From an uncultured Candidatus Saccharibacteria bacterium (GTDB lineage Bacteria; Patescibacteriota; Saccharimonadia; Saccharimonadales; JAGQNJ01), in assembly GCA_964426845.1 (NCBI GenBank), contig CAYRSA010000004.1, forward strand, positions 61,845-125,844: 64,000 bases of DNA, in the 5' to 3' direction. The notes beneath the pieces were generated by a model. The model had not been told where the DNA came from. It made no database searches and worked only from the letters and a program-made list of their open reading frames with translations. Position 1 is the stretch's first letter; each line of letters begins with the position of its first letter. Of the stretch, positions 10,775 to 20,258 are shown piece after piece. The position numbers and the translations under genes are program-made.

Positions 10775-11386
10775 CTAGCGGTGCGATCCGGGTTGATTGC
10801 GATACGGTTGCTTACTGCGACTACGAGAAGCCTGGTGGCTTAAAACATCTTGGCCTATCCTATAGCCCTTAACGTGTATGCGAGAAGGGGCCTGAGGGAA
10901 GTGAGGCCTAATCTTCGGTTTCCCCCGGCGAATGCGTGTGACTGAGAGATGGGGTTTAAATTTATCTTGAGCAGGAATTGTCACCTTCAACTCCTTTTTT
11001 ACAACTTCACCTATATGAGTTCGCATGCCCTCCAAAAAGGCACTTTTTACAACCGGTATGCCAATGTGTCGCTTAAATTTAGCTAGTGAATCACCATCAG
11101 GCGATAAAACTAGCTCTGAAAGAGGCATACTTCCAAGGTAGCGGGCAATTTCACCTTCGGCGCGGCCTAAGGCTCCGAGATCTCTGTCAGTCCAGACGTC
11201 AATAGCTGATTCGGCTGGCTCTAACATGGTTATATGAGCAGTGCCTGGATCGATAGGGTTACCATAACTCCCGGGCAGTTTAGTGAAGAAACTGGTCATG
11301 GCTCCAGTTTGTCCGTTGACAGTTAAGCCGACGTATAGACCTCTTTGTTCGGGAGATGGGAATGGTGCTGCTTGATTATCTGTCAT
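10775..11386 (-). CDS. 2H-phosphoesterase (LigT-like) family protein
   Basis: Two Hx(T/S)h motifs (AHITM, PHLSV) about 95 aa apart. Confidence 0.6.
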   Translation of the reverse strand: MTDNQAAPFPSPEQRGLYVGLTVNGQTGAMTSFFTKLPGSYGNPIDPGTAHITMLEPAESAIDVWTDRDLGALGRAEGEIARYLGSMPLSELVLSPDGDSLAKFKRHIGIPVVKSAFLEGMRTHIGEVVKKELKVTIPAQDKFKPHLSVTRIRRGKPKIRPHFPQAPSRIHVKGYRIGQDVLSHQASRSRSKQPYRNQPGSHR

Positions 11387-11424
11387 TTTGTTATATCATA
11401 GCAAATCTTAATTTATGAGACAAT

Positions 11425-11832
11425 ATGACTATGAGATTGCTAAAAGTTCTTCTCACAGACCTCGCCGGCATCGGCCTGATCATCTTGTCGGTCCTAACTG
11501 GCTGGATTCCTGGCCCGGGTGGCATCCCTTTGTTTTTGGCTGGTCTTGGCCTGTTAGCTATCAACCATGAGTGGGCCCGTCGCTGGTTGCGCTGGCTCAA
11601 GCGTACTGGTCTAAAGCTGGCCGAAAAATTCTTTCGTGAGCACCCGGTTTTGATGATTATCTATGATGTTATTGCCATACTTTTAGTTGGAGCTGGAATT
11701 TTGGTTTTGGCAAGAATCGAAGGAATCGTAAAGGTCTCGGCCACTGTCCTAATCTTCCTAGGTCTTAGTTTGTTCTTAGGCAATCGCAAGAGGTTATCCA
11801 GGATTTTGCGATACTTTCGCAAACAAGCATAA
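11425..11832 (+). CDS. PGPGW-type membrane protein
   Basis: IPGPGGIPLFLAGLGLLA..HEWARR motif plus hydrophobic segments. Confidence 0.75.
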   Translation: MTMRLLKVLLTDLAGIGLIILSVLTGWIPGPGGIPLFLAGLGLLAINHEWARRWLRWLKRTGLKLAEKFFREHPVLMIIYDVIAILLVGAGILVLARIEGIVKVSATVLIFLGLSLFLGNRKRLSRILRYFRKQA

Positions 11833-11911
11833 GCTTAATTGATACATGTTTGACTTTCTCGCAACTTAGTGTAAAATGTAGTTAAACACTAAGCCTCTTT
11901 GGGAGATAAGA

Positions 11912-12073
11912 ATGCTTGAATTTATCGTACTGGGACAAATCCCCGGAACTCACCTTCAAATTACCTTAGCCTGGTTCGCCTTTGCTGTTCTGGGTCTATT
12001 GATATGGGCTGATATAAAGTTCCACGCCAAGAAGAAGACAACCAAGCAAACCGCTAATCCATCACGGGCATAA
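11912..12073 (+). CDS. Small (53 aa) single-TM protein MLEFIVLGQIPGTHLQITLAWFAFAVLGLLIWADIKFHAKKKTTKQTANPSRA
   Basis: GGGAG SD; TTGACT-16-TAAAAT promoter at 11850-11877; below the ORF-track cutoff. Confidence 0.6.
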   Translation: MLEFIVLGQIPGTHLQITLAWFAFAVLGLLIWADIKFHAKKKTTKQTANPSRA

Positions 12074-13472
12074 TGCTCTCGGCGTAAAGCCGTAGTTCTT
12101 CAATCAAATACTGCTTCTCCTCAGACAGGCCGCTGGCTGATAACTCCTGCAGTCTTTGCATATATCCCGGCCATTGTTTTTGTAGCCTAGTAAGACGGAA
12201 AGTCTCCCATTGGCTGCGTTCATCATCAGATAATTTCTTGGGGTAATTGCGAGCCTTATACAGCACCAGCAGATTTCTCAGCCGGTCATCCTCGAAAGCA
12301 AAACTATCTGCATTCAGGTCCTCTGGCTTGGCTGACCGGACTTTTTGCATAACACCGCGGTCTTTGTCGCTGAAAAAGCCGTCGTACAATTGAACATCTA
12401 CGTCACCTGGGTCACTAAGCAATCGAGTTTGCTGTTGTTTATCCAAAATATCCAGGGCCTTGAACAACTTCAGTACAAAAGTTTTGTCAGCCAGGGCGGT
12501 TTTGCGGTTAGCCTCAATCGTTGGCATGTCTAGGCTAAGCCGTTTCTGCGAGTCGGCGTCCAGCACTCCCAGAGGTGCAATCGCCGGGCAACGATTATAG
12601 CGCAGAGTTTTGACTGGTAAGCGCGGCTCATCGCTATCTTTTTTCCACTTCCAAGCTTCGACAAGTTGCTCGGCGGTCATTTTCAGAAATGGCCGAGGAT
12701 CCATACGCAAATCCCAGACCAAGGAGGCCGCCACTCTGGGGTGCTTAGCCAGGGTGCAGACCACTGTAGTTTTCTCGAACTCCCCGGCATACTTGCCGCT
12801 GGTGTAGACAAAGGGCTGACCGCCGGTAACCAATTTCTCCACGGCTTTTTTGTCGCGGATATCCAGTAGGTAGTCGAAAAGTTTGGGCTGTTTAGATTTC
12901 AGCAGTTTGGCTAATTCGATAGTGGCCATCACATCACTAAGAGCATCGTGTGCATGATCGTGGCTTAGCTTATTAACAGAGGCCAACATCTCCAAACGAT
13001 TAGCCGGCTTGCCCTCTGAGTCAAAAGGCCACTTGATGCCCTCAGGCCTTAGTGCTCTGGTCATGCGCACGACATCCAATATATCCCAACGGCTCCGACC
13101 ATCCTTCCATTGCCACTCATAGGCATCGTAGTAGTTGCGGTACAACAGAAAACGCATAAACTCATCATCAAAGCGCACGGTGTTAAAGCCGACGAAGATT
13201 GTACCGGGCACGGCAATCGACTGCTCAAAAACCTTTAGGAATTCGGCCTCAGTCATGCCCTCGGCAATAGTTTTCTGAGGTGTAATGCCAGTAATCATAA
13301 TGGCATCCGGACCGGGCAGGACATCGTCGGTCAAAGTGATTAGGATATTATCTGGCTCGCCGATAGGGTTGAGATCCAAATCGACCCGCTGGCCGGCGAA
13401 CTGCATAACTCGGTCGTTGCGAGCGCTAAAACCGCTGGTCTCCAGGTCGTAGAAGTACAGGCTAGTAGTCAA
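12054..13472 (-). CDS. sbcB: Exodeoxyribonuclease I
   Basis: FYDLETSG, QFAGQR, GFNTVRFDDEF, HAHDALSDV; probable TTG start at 13472 with GGAG SD (track start 13496). Confidence 0.93.
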   Translation of the reverse strand: MTTSLYFYDLETSGFSARNDRVMQFAGQRVDLDLNPIGEPDNILITLTDDVLPGPDAIMITGITPQKTIAEGMTEAEFLKVFEQSIAVPGTIFVGFNTVRFDDEFMRFLLYRNYYDAYEWQWKDGRSRWDILDVVRMTRALRPEGIKWPFDSEGKPANRLEMLASVNKLSHDHAHDALSDVMATIELAKLLKSKQPKLFDYLLDIRDKKAVEKLVTGGQPFVYTSGKYAGEFEKTTVVCTLAKHPRVAASLVWDLRMDPRPFLKMTAEQLVEAWKWKKDSDEPRLPVKTLRYNRCPAIAPLGVLDADSQKRLSLDMPTIEANRKTALADKTFVLKLFKALDILDKQQQTRLLSDPGDVDVQLYDGFFSDKDRGVMQKVRSAKPEDLNADSFAFEDDRLRNLLVLYKARNYPKKLSDDERSQWETFRLTRLQKQWPGYMQRLQELSASGLSEEKQYLIEELRLYAESIMPVMD

Positions 13473-14730
13473 TTTTGTAGTCTCCACTAATGCCAATTTG
13501 GATGGTGGTGCCTGGCTCGATCTGTTGTTTCTGGAGATAGGACATGATGCCCATCTTGCGCATAATATCCCTCAAACGCCGAACGCCATGAGGATTTTCA
13601 AAATCAGTTCGATGAGCAAACTTCTCAATCTTAGTACCCGTAACCACAAAACCTTTTCGATTCTTGACTACTTTCCAAGGAATTTCGTGACGTTCCAATG
13701 AAATCACCGGCAGAGCCTGGGGCTTTTTAGCAGACTTAGCCCGCTCTTTAATCACAATTTTCTGTAAAGCCCGTAGTAACTCTACGACCCCTTGTTTGCT
13801 TGCCGCCGAGATAGCCACCACCGGCGTGCCCCGCTTGACCAAAGTTTTGAGCTCTTTTATACGGTCATCAACGATGTCCTGGTCCAGGCCATCAACTTTA
13901 TTCAAAGCCACAATCTGTGGCTTTTTGCTGAGGTCTACCTGATAACTCTTGAGCTCGTTCTGGATGACTTGGTAAGCCTCGGTCACCGAGTCCTGGTAGG
14001 CATCAATTAGATGGATCAGCACGGCTGTACGTTCGATATGGCGCAGGAAATCATCGCCCAGACCCTTACCTTCGGAAGCGCCTTCGATTATACCTGGGAT
14101 GTCGGCCATCAGCAAACTCGAGCCGTCAATGTCCACCACACCCAAGTTCGGGGACAGAGTCGTGAAAGCGTAATCAGCAATTTCCGGCCGGGCGTTACTA
14201 ACAGAGGCCAATAGTGTTGATTTGCCGGCATTGGGTAGTCCTACCAAACCAACATCGGCAATCATTTTCAGCTCCATACGAACTGTTAATTCATCGCCTT
14301 TTTCGCCCTTTTCAGCCACTCGAGGAGCTTGGCGAACCGAGCTAGTAAAATGAGCGTTACCATAGCCACCTCGGCCACCCTGAGCCACTACTGCCTTCTG
14401 ACCATCGACAGTCAAATCTGCCAGGACTTTGCCCTCTTCATTAATCACTACCGTACCGACTGGTACAGACAGCTCCAAATCAGTGCCGTTCTTACCGTGT
14501 TTCTTCTGCTTACTACCCGCCGTACCAGAGCCAGCTGACATAACTTTTTTATAACGATAGTTAGCTAGGGTATCTTGATTACGGCTGGCCACCAAAATGA
14601 CGTCACCGCCATCGCCGCCATCACCACCGTCCGGACCGCCCTTATCGACATAAATCTCATGCCGAAAACTGACGGCGCCATTGCCGCCGTCGCCTGCTTT
14701 CAAAGCCAGTTCTACATTATCTACAAACAT
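13462..14730 (-). CDS. obgE: GTPase ObgE/CgtA
   Basis: MFVD..AGDGGNG glycine-rich Obg fold, GLPNAGKST, YAFTT, DIPG, NKVD. Confidence 0.97.
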   Translation of the reverse strand: MFVDNVELALKAGDGGNGAVSFRHEIYVDKGGPDGGDGGDGGDVILVASRNQDTLANYRYKKVMSAGSGTAGSKQKKHGKNGTDLELSVPVGTVVINEEGKVLADLTVDGQKAVVAQGGRGGYGNAHFTSSVRQAPRVAEKGEKGDELTVRMELKMIADVGLVGLPNAGKSTLLASVSNARPEIADYAFTTLSPNLGVVDIDGSSLLMADIPGIIEGASEGKGLGDDFLRHIERTAVLIHLIDAYQDSVTEAYQVIQNELKSYQVDLSKKPQIVALNKVDGLDQDIVDDRIKELKTLVKRGTPVVAISAASKQGVVELLRALQKIVIKERAKSAKKPQALPVISLERHEIPWKVVKNRKGFVVTGTKIEKFAHRTDFENPHGVRRLRDIMRKMGIMSYLQKQQIEPGTTIQIGISGDYKIDY

Positions 14731-14799
14731 ATCTACCTAACAGTGTCCCATGCCAGCACCACCCCTGTCCAGTTCAATAACCATTCACTTAATTAGTTG

Positions 14800-15807
14800 T
14801 TAATCATTCATCCTGTAGGCTTTGATGGCCGCGACAAGCTCCTCTTCTCGCAGATCCCCACGCGCTGAATACCTCAAAAACGACTCTGTCATGTCTTGGG
14901 GATCAAGTGGCTTATCAGGGTCTTGTCCTATAACCCGACGAATCAGCTGGTTAGCCATGGCCGTCATAAGCAGCATCATTCTAAACTTCTCTTCTTCATC
15001 AGCGTCTAGTACAATCTCACCACCTTGCTCTAATTTTGTAGCGTGTTCGATCCCAGGAAAAGTTACATCCCAAATAGTTCGTAGTGACTTAGCAAAGTCC
15101 ATAAGGCTGGCGGGATGATAGGCCACCTCTGCCGCCACAACCCGTGACTGGGCCTCACCTTCTATAATCCGAAGCATTTCCGTAATCATATTCCAGTGCC
15201 CAGCACAAACTAAGTTCGATTCAAGGGATTTTCTGTCGACGATGACCTCTGCCAAAGCATCAGCCGAAAACGGTTGCCGGAGATATTCTTGCCGATGTTC
15301 TTGCTTAGCTAGCCACCCCCAGCTTTCCCTATCAACCACGCCATGGAAACCTCTCAGCGCCCGGTTAAGTAAGATTGCGGGTGGTGGTAGCTCGCCGTTC
15401 AGGTAGTCGGGGTTTTGTTGCCATAGCAAGTAGCGAGGCAGTTCTATGCCGGTATGGGCGATTCTTAGGGCGTCAGAGTTGGTCAAAGGAAGTTCAGCTC
15501 TTTCGTTGAATATATAAGCACCTCTTAAGCTACGTAATATATCCATGGCCTCACCGAAGTGTTCTTGGGCATTTCGTCTTTCAGTGGTGTTGATAATTCC
15601 GCCGTGCTGGCGGCGCTTAGTAATATCATCTGTTGGAAACAGGCCTAAAGCCATTTGCGGGCCGGCCGGGTTATAGTCATTCGGAGAAAAGGCTAAGTAC
15701 GGAAAGCCATTGGCGTCAAAAATTTCTTCAAACTCGAATACATCAAAGATATTAGGATCTTTAAAATCTGAGACTTGGGTTAGGGTCTCGGGGTTAAGCA
15801 CCGGCAT
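14800..15807 (-). CDS. Hypothetical protein (335 aa)
   Basis: Long ORF filling the intergenic space; no motif recognised. Confidence 0.75.
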   Translation of the reverse strand: MPVLNPETLTQVSDFKDPNIFDVFEFEEIFDANGFPYLAFSPNDYNPAGPQMALGLFPTDDITKRRQHGGIINTTERRNAQEHFGEAMDILRSLRGAYIFNERAELPLTNSDALRIAHTGIELPRYLLWQQNPDYLNGELPPPAILLNRALRGFHGVVDRESWGWLAKQEHRQEYLRQPFSADALAEVIVDRKSLESNLVCAGHWNMITEMLRIIEGEAQSRVVAAEVAYHPASLMDFAKSLRTIWDVTFPGIEHATKLEQGGEIVLDADEEEKFRMMLLMTAMANQLIRRVIGQDPDKPLDPQDMTESFLRYSARGDLREEELVAAIKAYRMND

Positions 15808-15854
15808 TACTTTATAATAACATCTTAGATGCTATTTAGCAATAATGTGGCTTG

Positions 15855-16997
15855 TTAGTAGATGTAGCCGTAGCCAGCCGCTTGCTCAGCCGAGAGAGTC
15901 TTGCGTGAAACCACGCCCCATCCGGCTACGTTCATTTCAGAGACGTTGACGCTACCGTCGCCGTTAACCGATTCCACATAACCGACGTGGCCGTAATAGT
16001 CGCGTGGTGGTGTCCAGATAACTGCTCCAGCTCGAGGTACGTTACCTGTACTGAAACCCGCCCGCTGGGCTAGAACCTTCCAGGTGCTAGCGTTACCCAA
16101 GTTGCTTGGCAACTCTGGCTTACGGTTCTTTACATACCAAGTACAGTAGCCATAGTCATAGCCGTTGCTGCCGTAGACTGCGCCGCCGCCCCATGCAAAG
16201 CCACCGGCACCAGATACATTGGCCAGACTTGGTCGGCCAGTCGCTCGAGCCGCCGGCTGGGCGCCCGGCAAGACGATATACTCACCAACTGGCAAGTTGC
16301 CGGCCTCTAGGTCGTTAAAACTGACAACCTGATCACGATTGGCTTGGTATTTAGCCATAACACTGTCGATACTGTCGCCAGCCGCCACCTTGTAAACAAT
16401 GCCGTTAATTGGCGAAATAACTAGGGTTCGGCCGGCAGCCACAGCATCTCCGGTTATGCCGTTGGACCAGCGGATAGTGTCAGAGGTTACCCCGAACTTA
16501 GCGGCAATTGCCGAGACATCCTCGCCTGGCTGAACAGTATAGTTCTGAATATCGGCTCGGGACTTCAGAGCCGTAGCAATCACCTGTGGCTTGGCAGCTA
16601 CCACGTTGTCAGCCGGAGCAATTGTTAACTGAGCATTAACTGTATCGGCCTTGTTAGCTACTGACGAAGTCTCTGGCAAGTAGGCGGCAGCCGCTACGTT
16701 AAAGGCGATGTCAGCCGAAGACAGCTCATCCAGAGGATTAACTACTTCGTCAGCGGCCGCTGTGGCCACCGGCGCACTGTTAACCTGTGAGGTGTTGCTA
16801 GTCTGTGGTTTTTGAGCCACAAAGGCTATAACCACGATTAATAAAACGGCGTTTCCCGCTAACAGGGAGTAACGAATCGTGCGACCACGATTCTTTTTAG
16901 AGAACATGCGCCGATACCAGCGTTGCTTCTTGATATCGGACTGCAGATGACCCAGACGGGTAGAAACTTCTTGACTTACGACTTCAGTGGTACGAAT
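15855..16997 (-). CDS. Membrane-anchored LysM x2 + CHAP peptidoglycan hydrolase
   Basis: YTVQPGE and YKVAAGDS LysM repeats; GYCTWYV..GHVGYVE..VSEMN CHAP; probable ATT start at 16997 (first ATG at 16907). Confidence 0.88.
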   Translation of the reverse strand: MRTTEVVSQEVSTRLGHLQSDIKKQRWYRRMFSKKNRGRTIRYSLLAGNAVLLIVVIAFVAQKPQTSNTSQVNSAPVATAAADEVVNPLDELSSADIAFNVAAAAYLPETSSVANKADTVNAQLTIAPADNVVAAKPQVIATALKSRADIQNYTVQPGEDVSAIAAKFGVTSDTIRWSNGITGDAVAAGRTLVISPINGIVYKVAAGDSIDSVMAKYQANRDQVVSFNDLEAGNLPVGEYIVLPGAQPAARATGRPSLANVSGAGGFAWGGGAVYGSNGYDYGYCTWYVKNRKPELPSNLGNASTWKVLAQRAGFSTGNVPRAGAVIWTPPRDYYGHVGYVESVNGDGSVNVSEMNVAGWGVVSRKTLSAEQAAGYGYIY

Positions 16998-17137
16998 ACC
17001 AGCCTCCGTTTACGTTGTTAGCAATTCTTACCTCTGTTATAACAGATAACATTAGTTAAAATTGCACCTCCCAGTATAGCACAATCGGGGACATGTAAAC
17101 ACCCTTTTTATGCTTATTCTGACCCCTGTTATTTGTA

Positions 17138-18172
17138 TTAATTGCAGAGTGTTTTACAATATTTTTCAACATTTGTCTGGTGTTCTTCGGCGGTAAAGGC
17201 AAAATAAGTCTTGCCGTCGTCACCAGCCACGAAGTAGACATATTGGGTGGTAGCCGGATTAGCTACAGCCGCCAGCGACCCTTCCGAGACATTGCTGATT
17301 GGCCCGACTGGCAAGCCGTTATTCGTGAAGGTGTTGTAGGCCGAATCATACTGTAAACTAGGCTTCTTGCCGTCGTTGATAGCACCATATAAAACCGTCA
17401 CGTCCGACTGCAGGGGCATACCGTCGCGCAGACGTTTAAGGAAAACTTGAGCCACCACTTGACGATCAGTTGGGTTGCTTACCTCTTGTTCCACCATCGA
17501 GGCCAGGATAATGGCTTGGTGACCGCTTAGTCCCTGAGCGGCTACGGCTTGACGCCAAGCCGGAGTTAGTCGCTTTTGCATCTCGTCCAAGCTAGCTTTG
17601 ATAACATCTGATGGAGTAGTAGCGGCTGTTTTCTGGAAGGACTCCGGATACAAATAGCCCTCCAGGTTGGCCTCGGCCGGTTTGTCTACCAAAGCCGGAT
17701 GACCGGCATACTGAGCTGGGTCGAGGGCCGCATCAACATCTTCGGGTTTGAAACCACTGTTAATCAAGGCGGCTCGCACCTGGTCAATCCGGGCCCCGGG
17801 CAAAATAGTCACAAGGTCAGTGGCCACCACTCCGTGGGCTAAAACTTCAACAATTCGGGGCACACCCTGCGACGGAGTTAGAGCATAGGTGCCGGCTTTC
17901 AAGTCGTCCTTCAAGGTGCTGTTGCGAACATACCACTCAAAAGCCCAGGCTTCACGAATAACGCCTTTTTGCTTCAAGTTAGCGGCGATTTCTTGGACCG
18001 ACGAACCACTTGGAATATCTACCAGCACAATATTCTGGGAACTACTAACCGGTTGCAAGGCTCGGTCGTAAGTCACTCTAACTAGTACGGCGGCCACTAA
18101 AATCATAATCACGATCACCGTCACTATAGCCGCGATGATCTTGGTTTTCTTGGTCCAGGTTTTCCAAATCAT
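17138..18172 (-). CDS. mltG: Endolytic transglycosylase MltG
   Basis: N-terminal TM, LEGYLYP, ASMVEQE, LQSD, YNT..GLPVGPISN. Confidence 0.94.
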   Translation of the reverse strand: MIWKTWTKKTKIIAAIVTVIVIMILVAAVLVRVTYDRALQPVSSSQNIVLVDIPSGSSVQEIAANLKQKGVIREAWAFEWYVRNSTLKDDLKAGTYALTPSQGVPRIVEVLAHGVVATDLVTILPGARIDQVRAALINSGFKPEDVDAALDPAQYAGHPALVDKPAEANLEGYLYPESFQKTAATTPSDVIKASLDEMQKRLTPAWRQAVAAQGLSGHQAIILASMVEQEVSNPTDRQVVAQVFLKRLRDGMPLQSDVTVLYGAINDGKKPSLQYDSAYNTFTNNGLPVGPISNVSEGSLAAVANPATTQYVYFVAGDDGKTYFAFTAEEHQTNVEKYCKTLCN

Positions 18173-18582
18173 GTCTGCTCCTCGATGTAATCTTGCAATA
18201 TTAGTGTAGCAGCTTCGGCATCTATGTCTTCTTTGGCATACGGCTTACCCCGCTGTTTAAGTCTAGCTTCAGCCCGGATGGAGCTCTCGGCCTCGTCCTG
18301 AAAGACAAAGTCTACTGCTATTGACTCCTTTAATTTGTCTATGAAATCACGTACGAAACGAGTCTGATCAGTATCTTCTTGGTTGCGGTTCTGGGGCAAG
18401 CCGACCACCACCCTTTTGGCCTCAGCTTCATCAATAAGGCCTGTCAGAGTCTTGACCACGACATCATCGTTGGTGATGGTTTTCAGGGGCTCAGCAATTC
18501 GAGCAATAGAGTTGGCCCGAGCCACACCAATCCGGACAGCTCCGACGTCAAGACACAGTACAGTTTCGTCAGCGCCACTCAT
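18169..18582 (-). CDS. ruvX: YqgF/RuvX pre-16S rRNA nuclease
   Basis: LCLDVGAVRIGVA, VVGLP, DEAESS, IDAEAATLILQ. Confidence 0.92.
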   Translation of the reverse strand: MSGADETVLCLDVGAVRIGVARANSIARIAEPLKTITNDDVVVKTLTGLIDEAEAKRVVVGLPQNRNQEDTDQTRFVRDFIDKLKESIAVDFVFQDEAESSIRAEARLKQRGKPYAKEDIDAEAATLILQDYIEEQT

Positions 18583-20256
18583 CTATTGATTGGCCGATTT
18601 AAATTCGATGGTTATTTTGCTGGCCTTTTTTGGCGTTCGCGATACCCAGAATGGACTGTAATTGACTTCGACAGCCTTAACGCCGGGCAGAGCTTTGACA
18701 ATGTTCTCGGTCTCGCCAGACTTCTTTCCTAAGATGTCATTCTTCAGAGCCTCGGTATCAATGTCCGGTCCAACTTCAGCTTTGGTAGTTACTTCAATAA
18801 TCGTGTCGCCATTATCAGCTACTGACTTAACAGTGTAAGTCGCTTCGTCCAGCCCATCTTCTTGGACTTGCTGCCGCTGAGTATCGATTTGGTCTTTGAG
18901 GCTATTGCTGACCATTTTCTTTAGGTCATCGCGCTTTACACCCAGCATGGAGTAGTCTGCGCTGTAGGTCACCTTGACTTCGCCGCCTTCTTGATCAACA
19001 GCTGGCGACGGAGTAGTGGCTTCGTTGGACTTCTTAAATGTCTCATCGATCACAAAATAGCCAGTCTGTTCTAGCTGTTGCTGCAGGTTTTTCTTTGAAA
19101 CATCATCTTTAGCGCTGATTTTAGCCTTAGCGGTATCAACATCTTGCTGAGTCACCACCTTAACAATATTGCTACTACCGCCCGTTGTGCTACCAGAGCC
19201 GCTAACTTCCGAGCGTCCAGACACCGTAAAGGTGGCGCCATTCAAGTTGTAGTTAGCGCCTGGACCAGTAGCTGTGACGTTAGTGTTGCCACCAGTAAAG
19301 TTAATGCAGCTGCCAGAAATCGTCCCTGGAGTGAAAGACACTGCTTGGGCAGTCACAAAATTCAGGCCGTTGCTGCTGATTGTTGTGCCGGCTGGCACTG
19401 AACTGGGCGTTGAAAAGCTGTTACAGACTTTAGCCGAGAGGTTAACCGTACCAGTAGCCTTGGCCCCGACGTCTTTCTGTCCGGTAGCCGGCGCCGTCGC
19501 CGTTTCGTTAACTTTCTCGGAAACTTCTTTAGCTGGCACCACACTGGCCGACTCATCAATGTTGGTAGCTGCTGGACTGGCGGTGAAAGCAAAATTGGTG
19601 TCGACCGATTCAGTGTTCGTTTCGATTACAATAGTGGCCTTAGGCCAAACCACTACGGCCATGACTAAAAGGAAGATTCCAGCAATCAGAGCCCCGCCGA
19701 CTATGAAGATTTTTTTGCGGAACTTCTCGAAGTTAGGAATTTTAGCCGGCTTACCGTTTTTGCTGCCCTTGGACTTCTTAGCCTTTTTGGCTGAGCTGGC
19801 CGCCGGTGCAGCCGCCTCTTGCCCCATATCAATAGTGTCATCGTCCTTATCCCGGCTGGTGGCTGCGCCGGCCAGGGCGCCGACGGCCGCGGCTTTGCCC
19901 AGGTCGCCGTCTTTTTCTGGCTCTAACTCGGCTTCCAATTCTTCGTCATCTACAACTTTTTTGTCAGGTGCATCGGGAATCTCTGGCTTAGAACTGAGAT
20001 TTTTAGCCACGTACATACCGGTGGCACCAGCCAAAGGCAGCAGGCCTTTCTCAGAGGTGATCAGGACTGGACTTTTGCCAGCTTCGTCGGCCGCCCGCTT
20101 GAGTAGCTTCATGTTGACGATGCTCTGCAGAGCCGTGGCTCGCTTGGGTAGCACCAAGGCCACGATTTTGGAATCGCTTTTGCCAAGCTTGTCGATAATC
20201 GAGGTTATCTCGTCATCAATATCGACATAAATTGTGTCTTTTTTCTCGGCAGCCAT
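18583..20256 (-). CDS. Single-TM protein with baseplate-J-like extracytoplasmic region
   Basis: DDEITSII N-domain, acidic/basic linker, TM, KATGTV..VPAGT..NFVT..VTATGPGANYN..GG..VVTQQD pattern. Confidence 0.7.
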   Translation of the reverse strand: MAAEKKDTIYVDIDDEITSIIDKLGKSDSKIVALVLPKRATALQSIVNMKLLKRAADEAGKSPVLITSEKGLLPLAGATGMYVAKNLSSKPEIPDAPDKKVVDDEELEAELEPEKDGDLGKAAAVGALAGAATSRDKDDDTIDMGQEAAAPAASSAKKAKKSKGSKNGKPAKIPNFEKFRKKIFIVGGALIAGIFLLVMAVVVWPKATIVIETNTESVDTNFAFTASPAATNIDESASVVPAKEVSEKVNETATAPATGQKDVGAKATGTVNLSAKVCNSFSTPSSVPAGTTISSNGLNFVTAQAVSFTPGTISGSCINFTGGNTNVTATGPGANYNLNGATFTVSGRSEVSGSGSTTGGSSNIVKVVTQQDVDTAKAKISAKDDVSKKNLQQQLEQTGYFVIDETFKKSNEATTPSPAVDQEGGEVKVTYSADYSMLGVKRDDLKKMVSNSLKDQIDTQRQQVQEDGLDEATYTVKSVADNGDTIIEVTTKAEVGPDIDTEALKNDILGKKSGETENIVKALPGVKAVEVNYSPFWVSRTPKKASKITIEFKSANQ

Positions 20257-20258
20257 GG

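Noticed and set aside
19274-20230. 318-aa plus-strand ORF
   Set aside because: Antisense shadow of the 557-aa gene; no start signals or recognisable motif.
18583-20256. Prophage or contractile injection system suggested by the baseplate-J-like region
   Set aside because: No tail, capsid, terminase or integrase genes; the protein has a TM helix and sits in a housekeeping operon.
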